Shown piece by piece: positions 31,541 through 41,162 of a DNA stretch of 64,000 bases (position 1 is the stretch's first letter; every line of letters starts with the position of its first letter). Made by a program: the position numbers and the translations under genes. The stretch spans positions 191,185 to 255,184 of the forward strand of contig VRVR01000043.1 of the NCBI GenBank assembly GCA_009859145.1. The letters are read 5' to 3'. Source of the DNA: Andalucia godoyi And28. Taxonomy: Eukaryota > Protista > Jakobida. The notes beneath the pieces are model-generated. The model saw nothing but the letters and a program-made list of their open reading frames with translations. It did not search any database and was not told where the DNA came from.

Positions 31541-34198
31541 ATGGACAGCGGAGTGCCATCAGTGGGCACAGCTCCCATCCCAATGCCTTCCGTCGCCGCT
31601 CCCAACAACAGTAGTAGCAGTACTGGAAATAGCAGCAATAGCAATAGTGGAGGCACTACGGCCACGTCGAGTTCGAGGGTGATGGAGGACGAGGGTGAGT
31701 TCCAGCAAAAATCCGCGTCTGCGAATGCGTTCTACAAGGCGTCGTACGAACGGACGCGCGCGGAGAATCGTGCGCTGTATGCTCGAATCGCGGCACTGGA
31801 GTCCGATAATGCCGCGCTGCGAAATGCACTCTTTGAATCGCGGATGGCTGTTCTGGAGGCCAAAAGTTCCCACTCGCAGTCGCAATTGCAGCCGCAGCCG
31901 CAGCGGCAACGACAGCCGCAACCGCAGTCGCAGCTGGGAAGTACTGCTGGCGGAGGCGCTAGTGGTCAGTTGATCCATACGAGTAGCGGTGTCAGTGTCG
32001 GTGGTGGCGGTGGTGGCGGCGGTAGGATGAATCCTGGACACTCGAAGAACCAAGACTCAATGTCGATGCCGCCGCTTGCAGTCATGACGACGGACATGCC
32101 ACTATCACATGTCAGTGCGTCCCCGTCTGTTCCGCTGCACTTGTCATCGATTGCGCGAAATGCAGCGCCAAGTGCTGCACCACCGCTACCACCATCACTA
32201 CCACCACCACCACCACCACCATCATCATCATCATCCTCTACCTCTGCTCCTGCATCTTTTTCTTCGTTTGGTTTTTCGCATGCAGTTCCTGCTTCGGCCT
32301 CTGGCTCCTGTGGCCCCTCTGCGTCTGCTGGTGCAGCGGCCTCTTCCGGTTCTTCCAACTCTGGTTCTGCTTCCACGTCTGGCACTGGCACTGGTTCTGC
32401 GGTTGTACCTCTGCAGACATCGCCTACGTCGGCAACGACGCCGTTTTCGTTTCCGTACACTTCGGATGCGTCGCAGGCAGTTCAATCGGCGCCGATTCCT
32501 CTGCATTTGCAATCAGTGGGGACATTTGCAAACCACGGCGGCGCAGTGTATTCGACGTGTTTTTCGTCGGATGGCCGCATTTTGGCGTCTGCGTCGTATG
32601 ACGGGTACGTCCGACTGTTCAATGTCGATCACCTGCTGTCATCATCCCAGAATTCTGCTGCTGCGTCGATTCCAATTGCTGCAAAGGCTGTACACTCGGC
32701 GCATGCCGTGCACTGCGCATTCAACGCTTCCGACAAGCTTGTTGCCTCGTGCGGATTCGATCATTCATTGGTGATTTCAGATGCATCCGTCGCGTCATCT
32801 GTCGCGTTTGCGACGCCAGCATCCAATCCCGGATCAGGCGCTGGACAAGCCTCGGGACCGGCGCCAAGTCAGGGGACCGTGTCAGGCCAGGGGGGTTCTG
32901 CATCCAGCGCGCTCAGTCGAGTGTCGTCGCTGGTGCTCAAAGGTCTCGCGCAAAGTGTGGAGTTCAAGGTGAAAGGCCACGAAAACACCGTTCTGTGCTG
33001 CGATTCTAAAGGCACCGTGGTGATGTGGGATGTCAGAACACCGGCTGCCGAGGCCGTGCATATCCCGCATCCGGCAATGGTCAATTGCCTGGCTGCAATT
33101 TCAACCGAAGAAGGGATGTGGGTGTCTGGAGATCGAACGGGTTGCGTCAGGCTGTATGATATCCGAGCGATTGGCCAGGGCATCCCAACCACCAGTGTGA
33201 ACAACGCTGGGATGGCCGGAGTTGTCAGGAGCGCCGTCGTTGGCATCTCTGGAACCCCCATCACCTCCATTCGATATACTGCAGATTATGGAGGGTGGAT
33301 CGCTGTCAATTCGTATGATAATTGCATTCGTGTTCTGGATGCAGGTGGATTTTCGAGGCTCGCATCCGCTTCTGGTCTCGCAGCATCGTCGTCGTCGTCA
33401 TCATCTGCTGCGTCGTCCTTGTCAAGTTCGCCCTCTGCTCCTTCCTTGTCTTCTTATTCCGCGACATCTACTACAGCATCCGCTGCAGATTCAGATTCGC
33501 TGGGGTCGCTGTCGTTTTCTTCGTTGTCTGTGCGCAATGCGTCGAGCGGGGAAATGTCTTTGCGGGTCATGGCTGCATCCAGTCGAGGTACCGTCCGGAT
33601 CAAGCACTGGCCGATCCGCGGCAGCTGGGTGCCGTCCTTGTGCTTCTCTGGCTTCTCCCACCCAGCCGCAGCCGCAACCGCAAACTTGTACCAATCTCAA
33701 GGCTCCGTGTTTTCGCTGTCGGAACCGTCCGCAAGCGTCATTGATGGTGGACTGTACTATGCCACTGGTTCTGCCGATGGTCTGCTGTCGCTTTTTCGAT
33801 TTGATCCTGCATCAATCGCGGTCTCGTTTGCGACAAACGAGAAAATGCTTCCAATTTCTGGCTTGCCGTGTGTCGCTCAATTAGAGGCCTTTTCAGGAGA
33901 CGAAAAGTGCTTTGCTGTCGATGCAGTCTCGTTGCAAATTCCGTTGTTTGGAGCACGGGCCGCAGCACAGCAGCAGCCGCAGTCCCAACAACAACAGTCT
34001 CAGCAACAACAATCTCAGCAACAGCAGCAGCAGTCACAGCAACATCAGCAGCAGTCACAGCAACAACAACAACAACAACAGTACCCGTACAGCAGCATTC
34101 TTGGCCAGCCACTTGCGTCCACCAAAGCACTCGTTGCGGCGTCTGGATCCGATGGTTGTGTTCGGCTATGGACCATCGAACCACGTCTTCGCAGATGA
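31541..34198 (+). CDS. Coiled-coil + WD40-repeat protein with Ser/Pro/Gln low-complexity inserts
   Basis: Likely ATG 31541; coiled coil YERTRAENRALYARIAALESDNAALR; WD40 motifs HGGAVYSTCFSSDGRILASASYDGYVRLFNV and VAASGSDGCVRLW. Confidence 0.8.
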   Translation: MDSGVPSVGTAPIPMPSVAAPNNSSSSTGNSSNSNSGGTTATSSSRVMEDEGEFQQKSASANAFYKASYERTRAENRALYARIAALESDNAALRNALFESRMAVLEAKSSHSQSQLQPQPQRQRQPQPQSQLGSTAGGGASGQLIHTSSGVSVGGGGGGGGRMNPGHSKNQDSMSMPPLAVMTTDMPLSHVSASPSVPLHLSSIARNAAPSAAPPLPPSLPPPPPPPSSSSSSTSAPASFSSFGFSHAVPASASGSCGPSASAGAAASSGSSNSGSASTSGTGTGSAVVPLQTSPTSATTPFSFPYTSDASQAVQSAPIPLHLQSVGTFANHGGAVYSTCFSSDGRILASASYDGYVRLFNVDHLLSSSQNSAAASIPIAAKAVHSAHAVHCAFNASDKLVASCGFDHSLVISDASVASSVAFATPASNPGSGAGQASGPAPSQGTVSGQGGSASSALSRVSSLVLKGLAQSVEFKVKGHENTVLCCDSKGTVVMWDVRTPAAEAVHIPHPAMVNCLAAISTEEGMWVSGDRTGCVRLYDIRAIGQGIPTTSVNNAGMAGVVRSAVVGISGTPITSIRYTADYGGWIAVNSYDNCIRVLDAGGFSRLASASGLAASSSSSSSAASSLSSSPSAPSLSSYSATSTTASAADSDSLGSLSFSSLSVRNASSGEMSLRVMAASSRGTVRIKHWPIRGSWVPSLCFSGFSHPAAAATANLYQSQGSVFSLSEPSASVIDGGLYYATGSADGLLSLFRFDPASIAVSFATNEKMLPISGLPCVAQLEAFSGDEKCFAVDAVSLQIPLFGARAAAQQQPQSQQQQSQQQQSQQQQQQSQQHQQQSQQQQQQQQYPYSSILGQPLASTKALVAASGSDGCVRLWTIEPRLRR

Positions 34199-34565
34199 TT
34201 CTTGTACATATTCTAGAGATAAAGAAAGGGAAGGGGGGGAAAACGCCTTTGTGCGCGTTTCTCTTATTTCGTCTGTTTTCTTCTTCTGCATTTTTTCTTT
34301 GACGGTTTTCGTCAAGGCGACTCGGGAACCTCTGCAGCTGTTCCGTCATCGATTATTATGGTGGTGATGGTGGTGATGTGCGACAAGTTGGACGCAAAAC
34401 CGACGGTCAGAAAACAGAGCGTCGATTGACAGACGGCCAAATTGTTCAAGTCTGGGTTTGTATCCCCAAAACTGTCCTTTATGTTCGAAGCGCGACAACG
34501 AGCCATGCCATTTTTAGAGATGGGCCGTATCAGAGCCTCGGTTTATTAAAGAAAAAAGAAAAAAG

Positions 34566-34620
34566 AAAAATAGAAAAATAGAAAAATAGAAAAATAGAAA
34601 AATAGAAAAATAGAAAAATA
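34566..34620 (+). repeat. (AAAAATAG)n 8-mer minisatellite
   Basis: About 7 consecutive units in the spacer between convergent genes. Confidence 0.9.
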
Positions 34621-34822
34621 AAGGAAGAGAAGTAAAAGGAGAAATTAAAAGATAAAAACAAGCCAAGGCATATGAGAAATTGGGATTTGAAAAAAGGAAG
34701 CGGAGACACGAGAATGTGCGAAATTTCAGAACTGCCAGCTTTTTGAATCAGGTGCCTACTGTAGTGTTGAGCTGTTTCCTTTAAAGCTGTTTTTTTACAA
34801 CAGACGGGGGGAGTGGAGCGAG

Positions 34823-35251
34823 GATTATTGGGCGTCTACGTTATACACTGAACATGCATATATATATATGAATAGACATGCATACTCAGTCTTGCATCCC
34901 GATGCCGGGAAGGGGATAGGCCCCAACACGCCTCACGGCGTTCTTCAGATAAATGTTCCGCGCTCCGTTCCCATTCTCAATCAATCTGTGAGCCACTTTC
35001 TCAGCGTGACACATTACTCCTGAGAAGAGTGCATTTTGATTCTGACGGCCCTAGCAGCAGGCGTAGTGACACATGGTCTCTTAGTAGGTCTGCGGGACCT
35101 AGGAGGCCCTGTATCACGAATTCTTGTGAAACAAGCGTGCTAGTGTCGGCCAGTATTGACGGTGTCTGTTTATGTATACTTCCGTTTATGCATGACAATG
35201 ACGTGTTATTAATCAACGGTTCAGGACACTCTGGTGAGAGATTATTGGGCG
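34823..35251 (-). mobile_element. Non-autonomous Fanzor-derived element (34835..35239) flanked by a 12-bp direct repeat
   Basis: GATTATTGGGCG occurs at 34823-34834 and 35240-35251. The minus strand of 34940-34969 encodes NGARNIYLKN (RuvC-III motif) and is homologous to 60490-60580. Confidence 0.8.
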
Positions 35252-37056
35252 GCGCACCACAGCTCGTAGAGAATGCGACATTCGCGCTCTCGGACAAGCT
35301 GTGCAGCGTACTTTTGCCACAACAGCGCATGGCTGGCAGCAATCGGCGCGTCTATGGACCGGCGCTGTTGCTGTTGTTCCTTGATCCACTCGGGCGATGC
35401 GAGCATGTCTTCGAATGGTTGCTGGCGGATTTCAGAGAGTGAAAAGACAAGGTGGTCGGGAACCGTTTCATATTCAACAAGGCGCGAAACACACAATTGT
35501 GCAATCGTTCTCTGCACAAGCCCGCGGATCGACAATCGTCTCGAGGCTTCGTCTCCAAACATTTCGGAATACATCAAGACAAGTATCCGAATCACGCTTG
35601 CACAGCTGTTTCCAGATATCTCCATTTCCATTACTCCTTCTCCTGCCCACTCCTCTTCTCCGTCTTCTTCGTCTTCTCCCTCATCACTGTCACCGTGATC
35701 ATGACCATGGTTGGCCGGTGGAGAAGAGAGAACGGAATCGTCGCCGTCGAGAAACTTCTTCAAGACGAGGTGGTCTGCAAGGACGAATTCGCAGGGTGCA
35801 GCAGGATCCCAGTCCGCACACTCGCTGTTGTGCACCGCCTTTGTGTTCCAAACATGGGCAACCAACTTGGAAATGGCATCGCCATCCTGCTTCTGGTGCT
35901 GTTGCTTCGACTGGCTGTGACGCATGAACGACTTGTATTCAGCAGTAATCTGCAGAATGCACTGCACCAGAAGCATTCGGTCGACCGTTACGGACTCGTC
36001 TTCCCATGGATTGGAAGCATCGACGAAGCCGTACTTGCGCAGAAGCTCGCTGTTCGCCTGCCTGCCATATGTATTGAAGATCTGCTCGCCCGCATGGATG
36101 TCCTTGATCGCCACCATTGCCACTGAATCGCGCTCCCAAAACAGCGATGCATTGTGCTTTACACTGCAATGATTCAGCAAATCCGCCAGCGGGACCATGC
36201 TCATCCGGCTGCAGCCTCGCCTCCTTTTTGCACGTCCTACGTGGTCCCAGTCCCAGTCCCTGTCATTTTCACTGTCGTGGTGATCATGCTCGGTAAAGCT
36301 GTAGGCGGCAGCCCACGACCCGATGCGCAAGTATTCCTCAAAGGATGTAAAGTCCGGGTGGAAACACTCGGGGAACAGTTCTGTGAACGGCGCAATGTTG
36401 TTTCCATACTGCTGCTCCATCTCTGCACATCCAAGGTTCCGCCCCACAGATGTCATTCCAAGCATGCTTGCGCGCTCGTCCTTGTTCCAATAGATCGGGA
36501 ACCTCTCGTATCCTGGCGGCATTGGCGGTGGTACTGACATCTCGTGTGCATGAGCTTCGCGTTCATTCCTCGGTCTTCTTTTCGGCTTCGGCAACACCGA
36601 TGCAAATGCATCCAGATACGGCTTCCAATGCGAATTCTCTCGCTTCGAGGTCTCATGCATCACCCCAAGACACAATCTCGCCCAATCATTCGACCGGAAA
36701 TCCTGCATGACGTGCCTGTGCGTCGAGCTCCGAGATCGCTGGAAACACATACACCGAACCTCCAGACCACTCGTCCGAGAATTCAAAAATGCCGTCCGCG
36801 GAACCGAAAACAGCACTGTGCCGCGACGAAGCACTCCATCACTTGCGCTGCCAGTGGTACCCATCTTGCAATAAAGTCCCCACTGACTCCCGTCCGATCC
36901 GCCATGCGAGATCACGACTGCAGGATGTGTCTGTACTCCGCGTGAGAACAGCCACGACGAAAACTCCCGCATAACTGCCGTACTGCGAGCACCATCATTG
37001 TTGCTGCTATTCTCAATCACCGCGAGCGGTGCACGTGATGCAACTGCTGGATCCAT
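35242..37056 (-). CDS. SETD6: SET-domain N-lysine methyltransferase, SETD6/Rkm4-like
   Basis: AYSFTE..MVPLADLLNH..AIKDIHAGEQIFNTYG..NSELLRKYGFVD motifs of the Rubisco-LSMT/SETD6 class. Confidence 0.8.
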   Translation of the reverse strand: MDPAVASRAPLAVIENSSNNDGARSTAVMREFSSWLFSRGVQTHPAVVISHGGSDGSQWGLYCKMGTTGSASDGVLRRGTVLFSVPRTAFLNSRTSGLEVRCMCFQRSRSSTHRHVMQDFRSNDWARLCLGVMHETSKRENSHWKPYLDAFASVLPKPKRRPRNEREAHAHEMSVPPPMPPGYERFPIYWNKDERASMLGMTSVGRNLGCAEMEQQYGNNIAPFTELFPECFHPDFTSFEEYLRIGSWAAAYSFTEHDHHDSENDRDWDWDHVGRAKRRRGCSRMSMVPLADLLNHCSVKHNASLFWERDSVAMVAIKDIHAGEQIFNTYGRQANSELLRKYGFVDASNPWEDESVTVDRMLLVQCILQITAEYKSFMRHSQSKQQHQKQDGDAISKLVAHVWNTKAVHNSECADWDPAAPCEFVLADHLVLKKFLDGDDSVLSSPPANHGHDHGDSDEGEDEEDGEEEWAGEGVMEMEISGNSCASVIRILVLMYSEMFGDEASRRLSIRGLVQRTIAQLCVSRLVEYETVPDHLVFSLSEIRQQPFEDMLASPEWIKEQQQQRRSIDAPIAASHALLWQKYAAQLVRERECRILYELWCAAQ

Positions 37057-37170
37057 TTTCCATTTCCCAGCGGTAGTCAGCCTTGCAATACAAAAGACAG
37101 CACCGGAGGAAAAAACCGAAAAGAAGAAAGAAAACTAGCCTTTTTTAAATAAAAAATAAAAAATTAATAC

Positions 37171-37205
<35 letters not shown>

Positions 37206-37480
37206 AATAATAATTATAATTATAATATCAAAAGGAACAGAGAAAGCACCCGGTCTTCACGCTTGAGACTTGAGACATGATCCGCTTGAGACTTGGACAA
37301 CACTTTTACGAAGCACTCCCGAAAAATCAAATATGAAATAACAATCACGACAAAACGAAACAAAAAACAGAATAGAATAGAATAGAAAATAAAACAAAAA
37401 TACGAAAAAAGAATGCGCAGTTGGTGGCGACACCAGGTAGACGGAGGCATCACTACCAGACACCACACGATACCACATAC

Positions 37481-39253
37481 TTAGCAACCGATTGGGAGTT
37501 TCTCGTACTTTGTGGGCATGGCAGCGCATCGCTCGTTCATGTGCGGATACGGTCTCTCGGACGCAAAGCCGTCTTCTTCGAGATTGAACCAGTACTTGCC
37601 CATGATCTGGCAGTACCTGTATCCCATCTTGTCGTTTCCGGCACGAGTGCAGGCTGCAGGCTGTTTCCAATTGGTGTCAAAGATGTTGAGCTGGTAGACA
37701 TCTCGAGGGACAAACTCGGTAGCCTGGAGCTCGATTCCCGGGAAGAGCCCAGCCTCGATGTACATGCGCATGACAAACACGTCGCAGACATACGAAGGAC
37801 CGTCGGGGTATCTCCACTCATCCAGCTCGGGAGCGCGCATCACGTCCATAAAGGCGACTCCGGCCTTCTCCATCTCGGCGTACACACACTCAATCGACGA
37901 GCATGCGCCACTCATGTTGAAGTATGCCTCCAGACGCTTGTTGATGCCCATCGTGAAAATCGAGGTGATGTTGTCGTGCATCAGACGGTCCGCAATCGGC
38001 AGCGCAACCATCAGCAGCTGTGCCGACAGTGGCGGCGGAAGATTCGAGTCGGCAGTGTCCAGCCATCCAAACACAAAGTTGTGGTATCCATACGGCGTGT
38101 TCGTCATCGTCAGCGAGCGAATCCACTGTGCAAGATGCGTCTGCGCAGCCGGGGAGGTAAACTGCTGCAGATTCGACGGCGAAAGCGGAGCCATCGCCAC
38201 CAGGAACTGGGCCTTCAGCGCTTCCTTCACCCAGTCGTCATACAGACGGCATCCAATGCCGTAGGGCGGCGGGAAGTATACCGGTCCAAACGGGTTCTTG
38301 TCCGTCGACTCGCACACGTACAGCGTCTGCGGATCCTCGTTCTTGTCCATGTACGGGCCCTTTCCGTCGGCAAAGCGGACTGCAACAGCCGTGTGGCCTG
38401 CGCGCGAGCCAGTTCCAAAGATCACCATAGGATCCAATCCATCCAGGCGCGTGATTGCCAGGTAGGTGCCGGACGGGACATCTGCGGCCGCAGGGGCAAA
38501 CGGATCCATTGACGCAAGATCACGTGGGGCAAACGTAATGTTTGCCTGGTCATGCAAAAACGCCACATTGTCCTCTGCCATGTGGTGAGCAGACAGGAAC
38601 AGCTGCAGTGTATCATACAGCGCCTTGATCTCTCCGAGCGTCGACAGCTCAATTGAAAAGATCCGCAGACCCGCAAGCGTCAGATCTGCCGCCTCGGCCG
38701 CAGAAAACGGCGCGGTCAGCGTCACCTTGTGTGTGCCGCGTGTTGCAAACGAGTGCAAAAAGAACCGCTCGGCAGTCGCAAACAGCAGCGTCTCATGGCA
38801 CAGCAGCGACTTTGGAGCCGACAGCGTCAGACTCAGCGTTGCCGCCGTCGCGCCCAGTGACGCCGAGGACGAGGCGAGAGGAGAAAGCGTGGCAGAATTG
38901 TCGGTAAAGCACCGCCCAGTGGTGAACTTGACCGTGGGGCCGCCGGGAAGCGGGCTCGCAGCAAAGAGCGGCACAAACTCAAAGTCGTCCGTCTTGAGCG
39001 CAGTGGACGGCGTGTACGTTGATGCCAGAAGCGCAGACCACTCGGGAAGCGTCAAGGGCCGCGCAACGGACGGGTTCGACAGAACGACAGCGGAAGACTC
39101 CGGCTGTGTGTATGCCGCGCCGAAGATCGTCGGCATGTGGGTCCATCCATTCGCCACGAGCGACGCATGGTCCGACCCAGAATCCACTGACGAGGCACAA
39201 GCCAGAGCCAGTACCGCAGCGCACAACACTGCAATCCCAAACACTGTCCGCAT
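37481..39253 (-). CDS. Secreted permuted papain-like (NlpC/P60-superfamily) amidase/acyltransferase
   Basis: Signal peptide MRTVFGIAVLCAAVLALACA; His motif GSRAGHTAVAV upstream of Cys motif SYVCDVFV..EFVPRDVYQL, i.e. permuted order. Confidence 0.7.
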   Translation of the reverse strand: MRTVFGIAVLCAAVLALACASSVDSGSDHASLVANGWTHMPTIFGAAYTQPESSAVVLSNPSVARPLTLPEWSALLASTYTPSTALKTDDFEFVPLFAASPLPGGPTVKFTTGRCFTDNSATLSPLASSSASLGATAATLSLTLSAPKSLLCHETLLFATAERFFLHSFATRGTHKVTLTAPFSAAEAADLTLAGLRIFSIELSTLGEIKALYDTLQLFLSAHHMAEDNVAFLHDQANITFAPRDLASMDPFAPAAADVPSGTYLAITRLDGLDPMVIFGTGSRAGHTAVAVRFADGKGPYMDKNEDPQTLYVCESTDKNPFGPVYFPPPYGIGCRLYDDWVKEALKAQFLVAMAPLSPSNLQQFTSPAAQTHLAQWIRSLTMTNTPYGYHNFVFGWLDTADSNLPPPLSAQLLMVALPIADRLMHDNITSIFTMGINKRLEAYFNMSGACSSIECVYAEMEKAGVAFMDVMRAPELDEWRYPDGPSYVCDVFVMRMYIEAGLFPGIELQATEFVPRDVYQLNIFDTNWKQPAACTRAGNDKMGYRYCQIMGKYWFNLEEDGFASERPYPHMNERCAAMPTKYEKLPIGC

Positions 39254-39769
39254 GATTCACAGACCTTCTTTTTCCCTCTTTTGTTGAATTTAAAAAGGGC
39301 GAAGGATTATTAATTAATTAAAAATGAACAGCAACAAAAACAACAACAACAAAAACAAAAACAAAAACAAAAACAAGAAACGAGAATTAAAATTAAAGAA
39401 AGAATAGAGGAGAAAGGGAAAAGGAAATACAAGAAAAAGGGGGAAAACAACCAGCAGCGGAGACACGGACATTGGGGCCAAAAGGGGTTTAAAAAGGCGG
39501 AGCGGACTGAGTGTTGGGTTTTCCCCCACTCGACAGTTGAGACTTTCGACTCGAGCTGTCCAGCGGGGAATTCCAGTGTTTGATGGATTTGGGTTTCGAT
39601 AAAGCGACTGTAGTATAGATTGTTGCAAAAGCCGCGCAATTTTTTTCCCGCGAGATTTTTTCCGGGCTGGAATTTGCAATTCTTTTCAAATCGCATTTTC
39701 TCTTGCACTGAAACATAGAGAGGGGAGAGAGAGGAGAGAGGGGAGAGAGGGGAGAGAGATTGATGAAAG

Positions 39770-40900
39770 ATGGAAGACGAGTTAATGTCGTTTTTATGCG
39801 ACAGCGAGCGGGGATCGGCGGTTATGGAGCGATCCAAGTCTCAGTTTCTGCACCCGACTTCGAACAGGCTGTTGTGCGATGCGTATCCAAGCGGCGTTCC
39901 AGCGGGTGCTGTGCTTGAGATGTACGGCAATGTGGACTGTCCGTTGCTTGATACTGCCTATCAGCTGATTGCTTCGTGCGTGATGCCGCGGACGGTGCGC
40001 GTGCAGACCGGCGGGAGTGCGACGGCGTATGCGCTGGACATCCAGGGCGCACAGTCGCGATGCACCGTGATTGATACGGACGCGGAGTTCAATGTGTTCC
40101 GCTGCATTTCGATCATGACTGCGGACCTGCACAGGAGAATCGAGCAGCATTCCATGCACCATCCGCAGCTGGCGCATGCAGACGAGCTGACGCTGCTGGA
40201 TGATGACTACGACAGTGCGGTCAAGGCGTGCTTGTCGCGCATCACGATCCACCGCGCGGGGCGGCCAGAGGATCTGCTGGTCTTGCTGCGGACTCTGTCC
40301 TCCACGGCGTTTGCTTCCACGCGGCTCCTTTGCATTTGCCCCCTCATGTCGGCTAACATCCAGGAAGCAGCAGGCGCGCCCAGCGGCCAGACAATCGCAA
40401 GTGCGTCCGCTGCGGCGCATGGTGAACAGGAATTGTACACGCTTGCGTGCATTGCCAGAACAGTCCGCGAGCTCATGAAGAGGTATCGGTTTTCCATCGT
40501 CGCCGTCAAGCGAGCGTACCATGTGCTGTCCTCCCAGATTCTGACGCTCGGTCCAAACGTCGGCCAGTTTGGGCATCGCGAGACAGCTTCCTCGGACTGG
40601 GGCTCGCTGGTGTCCATGCGCATCTTCTTCAGCAAAAGCATCCTTGCTCCTCCGCAAGATCTTGTGTCGCAGCAGCACGATGGCAGCCCCGTCGTCCCTC
40701 TCGGGTGGGTGGCGCGAGTGCAGGTCCTCGCTCCAAACAGCACTCGCTCCACGCACACAGCAGCTGGATCACGGCAAAATTTACAAGTATCGGATTCAAC
40801 GGATGCCATTGCGTCTGCCATACCCTCCGGTACCAGGTATTATATTACATATTTGACCTCCTTTGACCACGGACCCATGTACATAAAATGGACATTGTAA
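39770..40900 (+). CDS. XRCC2: RAD51 paralogue XRCC2-like with degenerate Walker A
   Basis: VLEMYG..YQLIASCVMP, VIDTDAEFNVFRCISIM and WGSLVSMRIFFSK parallel the XRCC2 motifs LYHLTARCILP, FIDTDYHFDMLRL and WQQLVKHRMFFSK. Confidence 0.75.
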   Translation: MEDELMSFLCDSERGSAVMERSKSQFLHPTSNRLLCDAYPSGVPAGAVLEMYGNVDCPLLDTAYQLIASCVMPRTVRVQTGGSATAYALDIQGAQSRCTVIDTDAEFNVFRCISIMTADLHRRIEQHSMHHPQLAHADELTLLDDDYDSAVKACLSRITIHRAGRPEDLLVLLRTLSSTAFASTRLLCICPLMSANIQEAAGAPSGQTIASASAAAHGEQELYTLACIARTVRELMKRYRFSIVAVKRAYHVLSSQILTLGPNVGQFGHRETASSDWGSLVSMRIFFSKSILAPPQDLVSQQHDGSPVVPLGWVARVQVLAPNSTRSTHTAAGSRQNLQVSDSTDAIASAIPSGTRYYITYLTSFDHGPMYIKWTL

Positions 40901-40983
40901 GACGCACGCGTGGTTCATGATGAAAAATTAATTAATTAATTAATTAAAAAAATAAAATAAAAAGAAGAAGAAGAAGAAGAAGC

Positions 40984-41024
<41 letters not shown>

Positions 41025-41162
41025 AATAAATAATGAACCAAAAAAACCCTACAACATCGGCCGGACGCGGCAACCACTTGCGCTCCACATCGAGGTTTGC
41101 GAGAGCAGGGAAGAGTCGGGAATGCACAGTGATCAGTTACGGGACTTCTCTGAAGCAAAGTG

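Noticed and set aside
36690-36760. Possible 57-nt intron in SETD6 (GTTCGG/GTATGT..ATGCAG)
   Set aside because: The frame is open without it and the sequence is not AT-rich like the other introns; cannot be supported.
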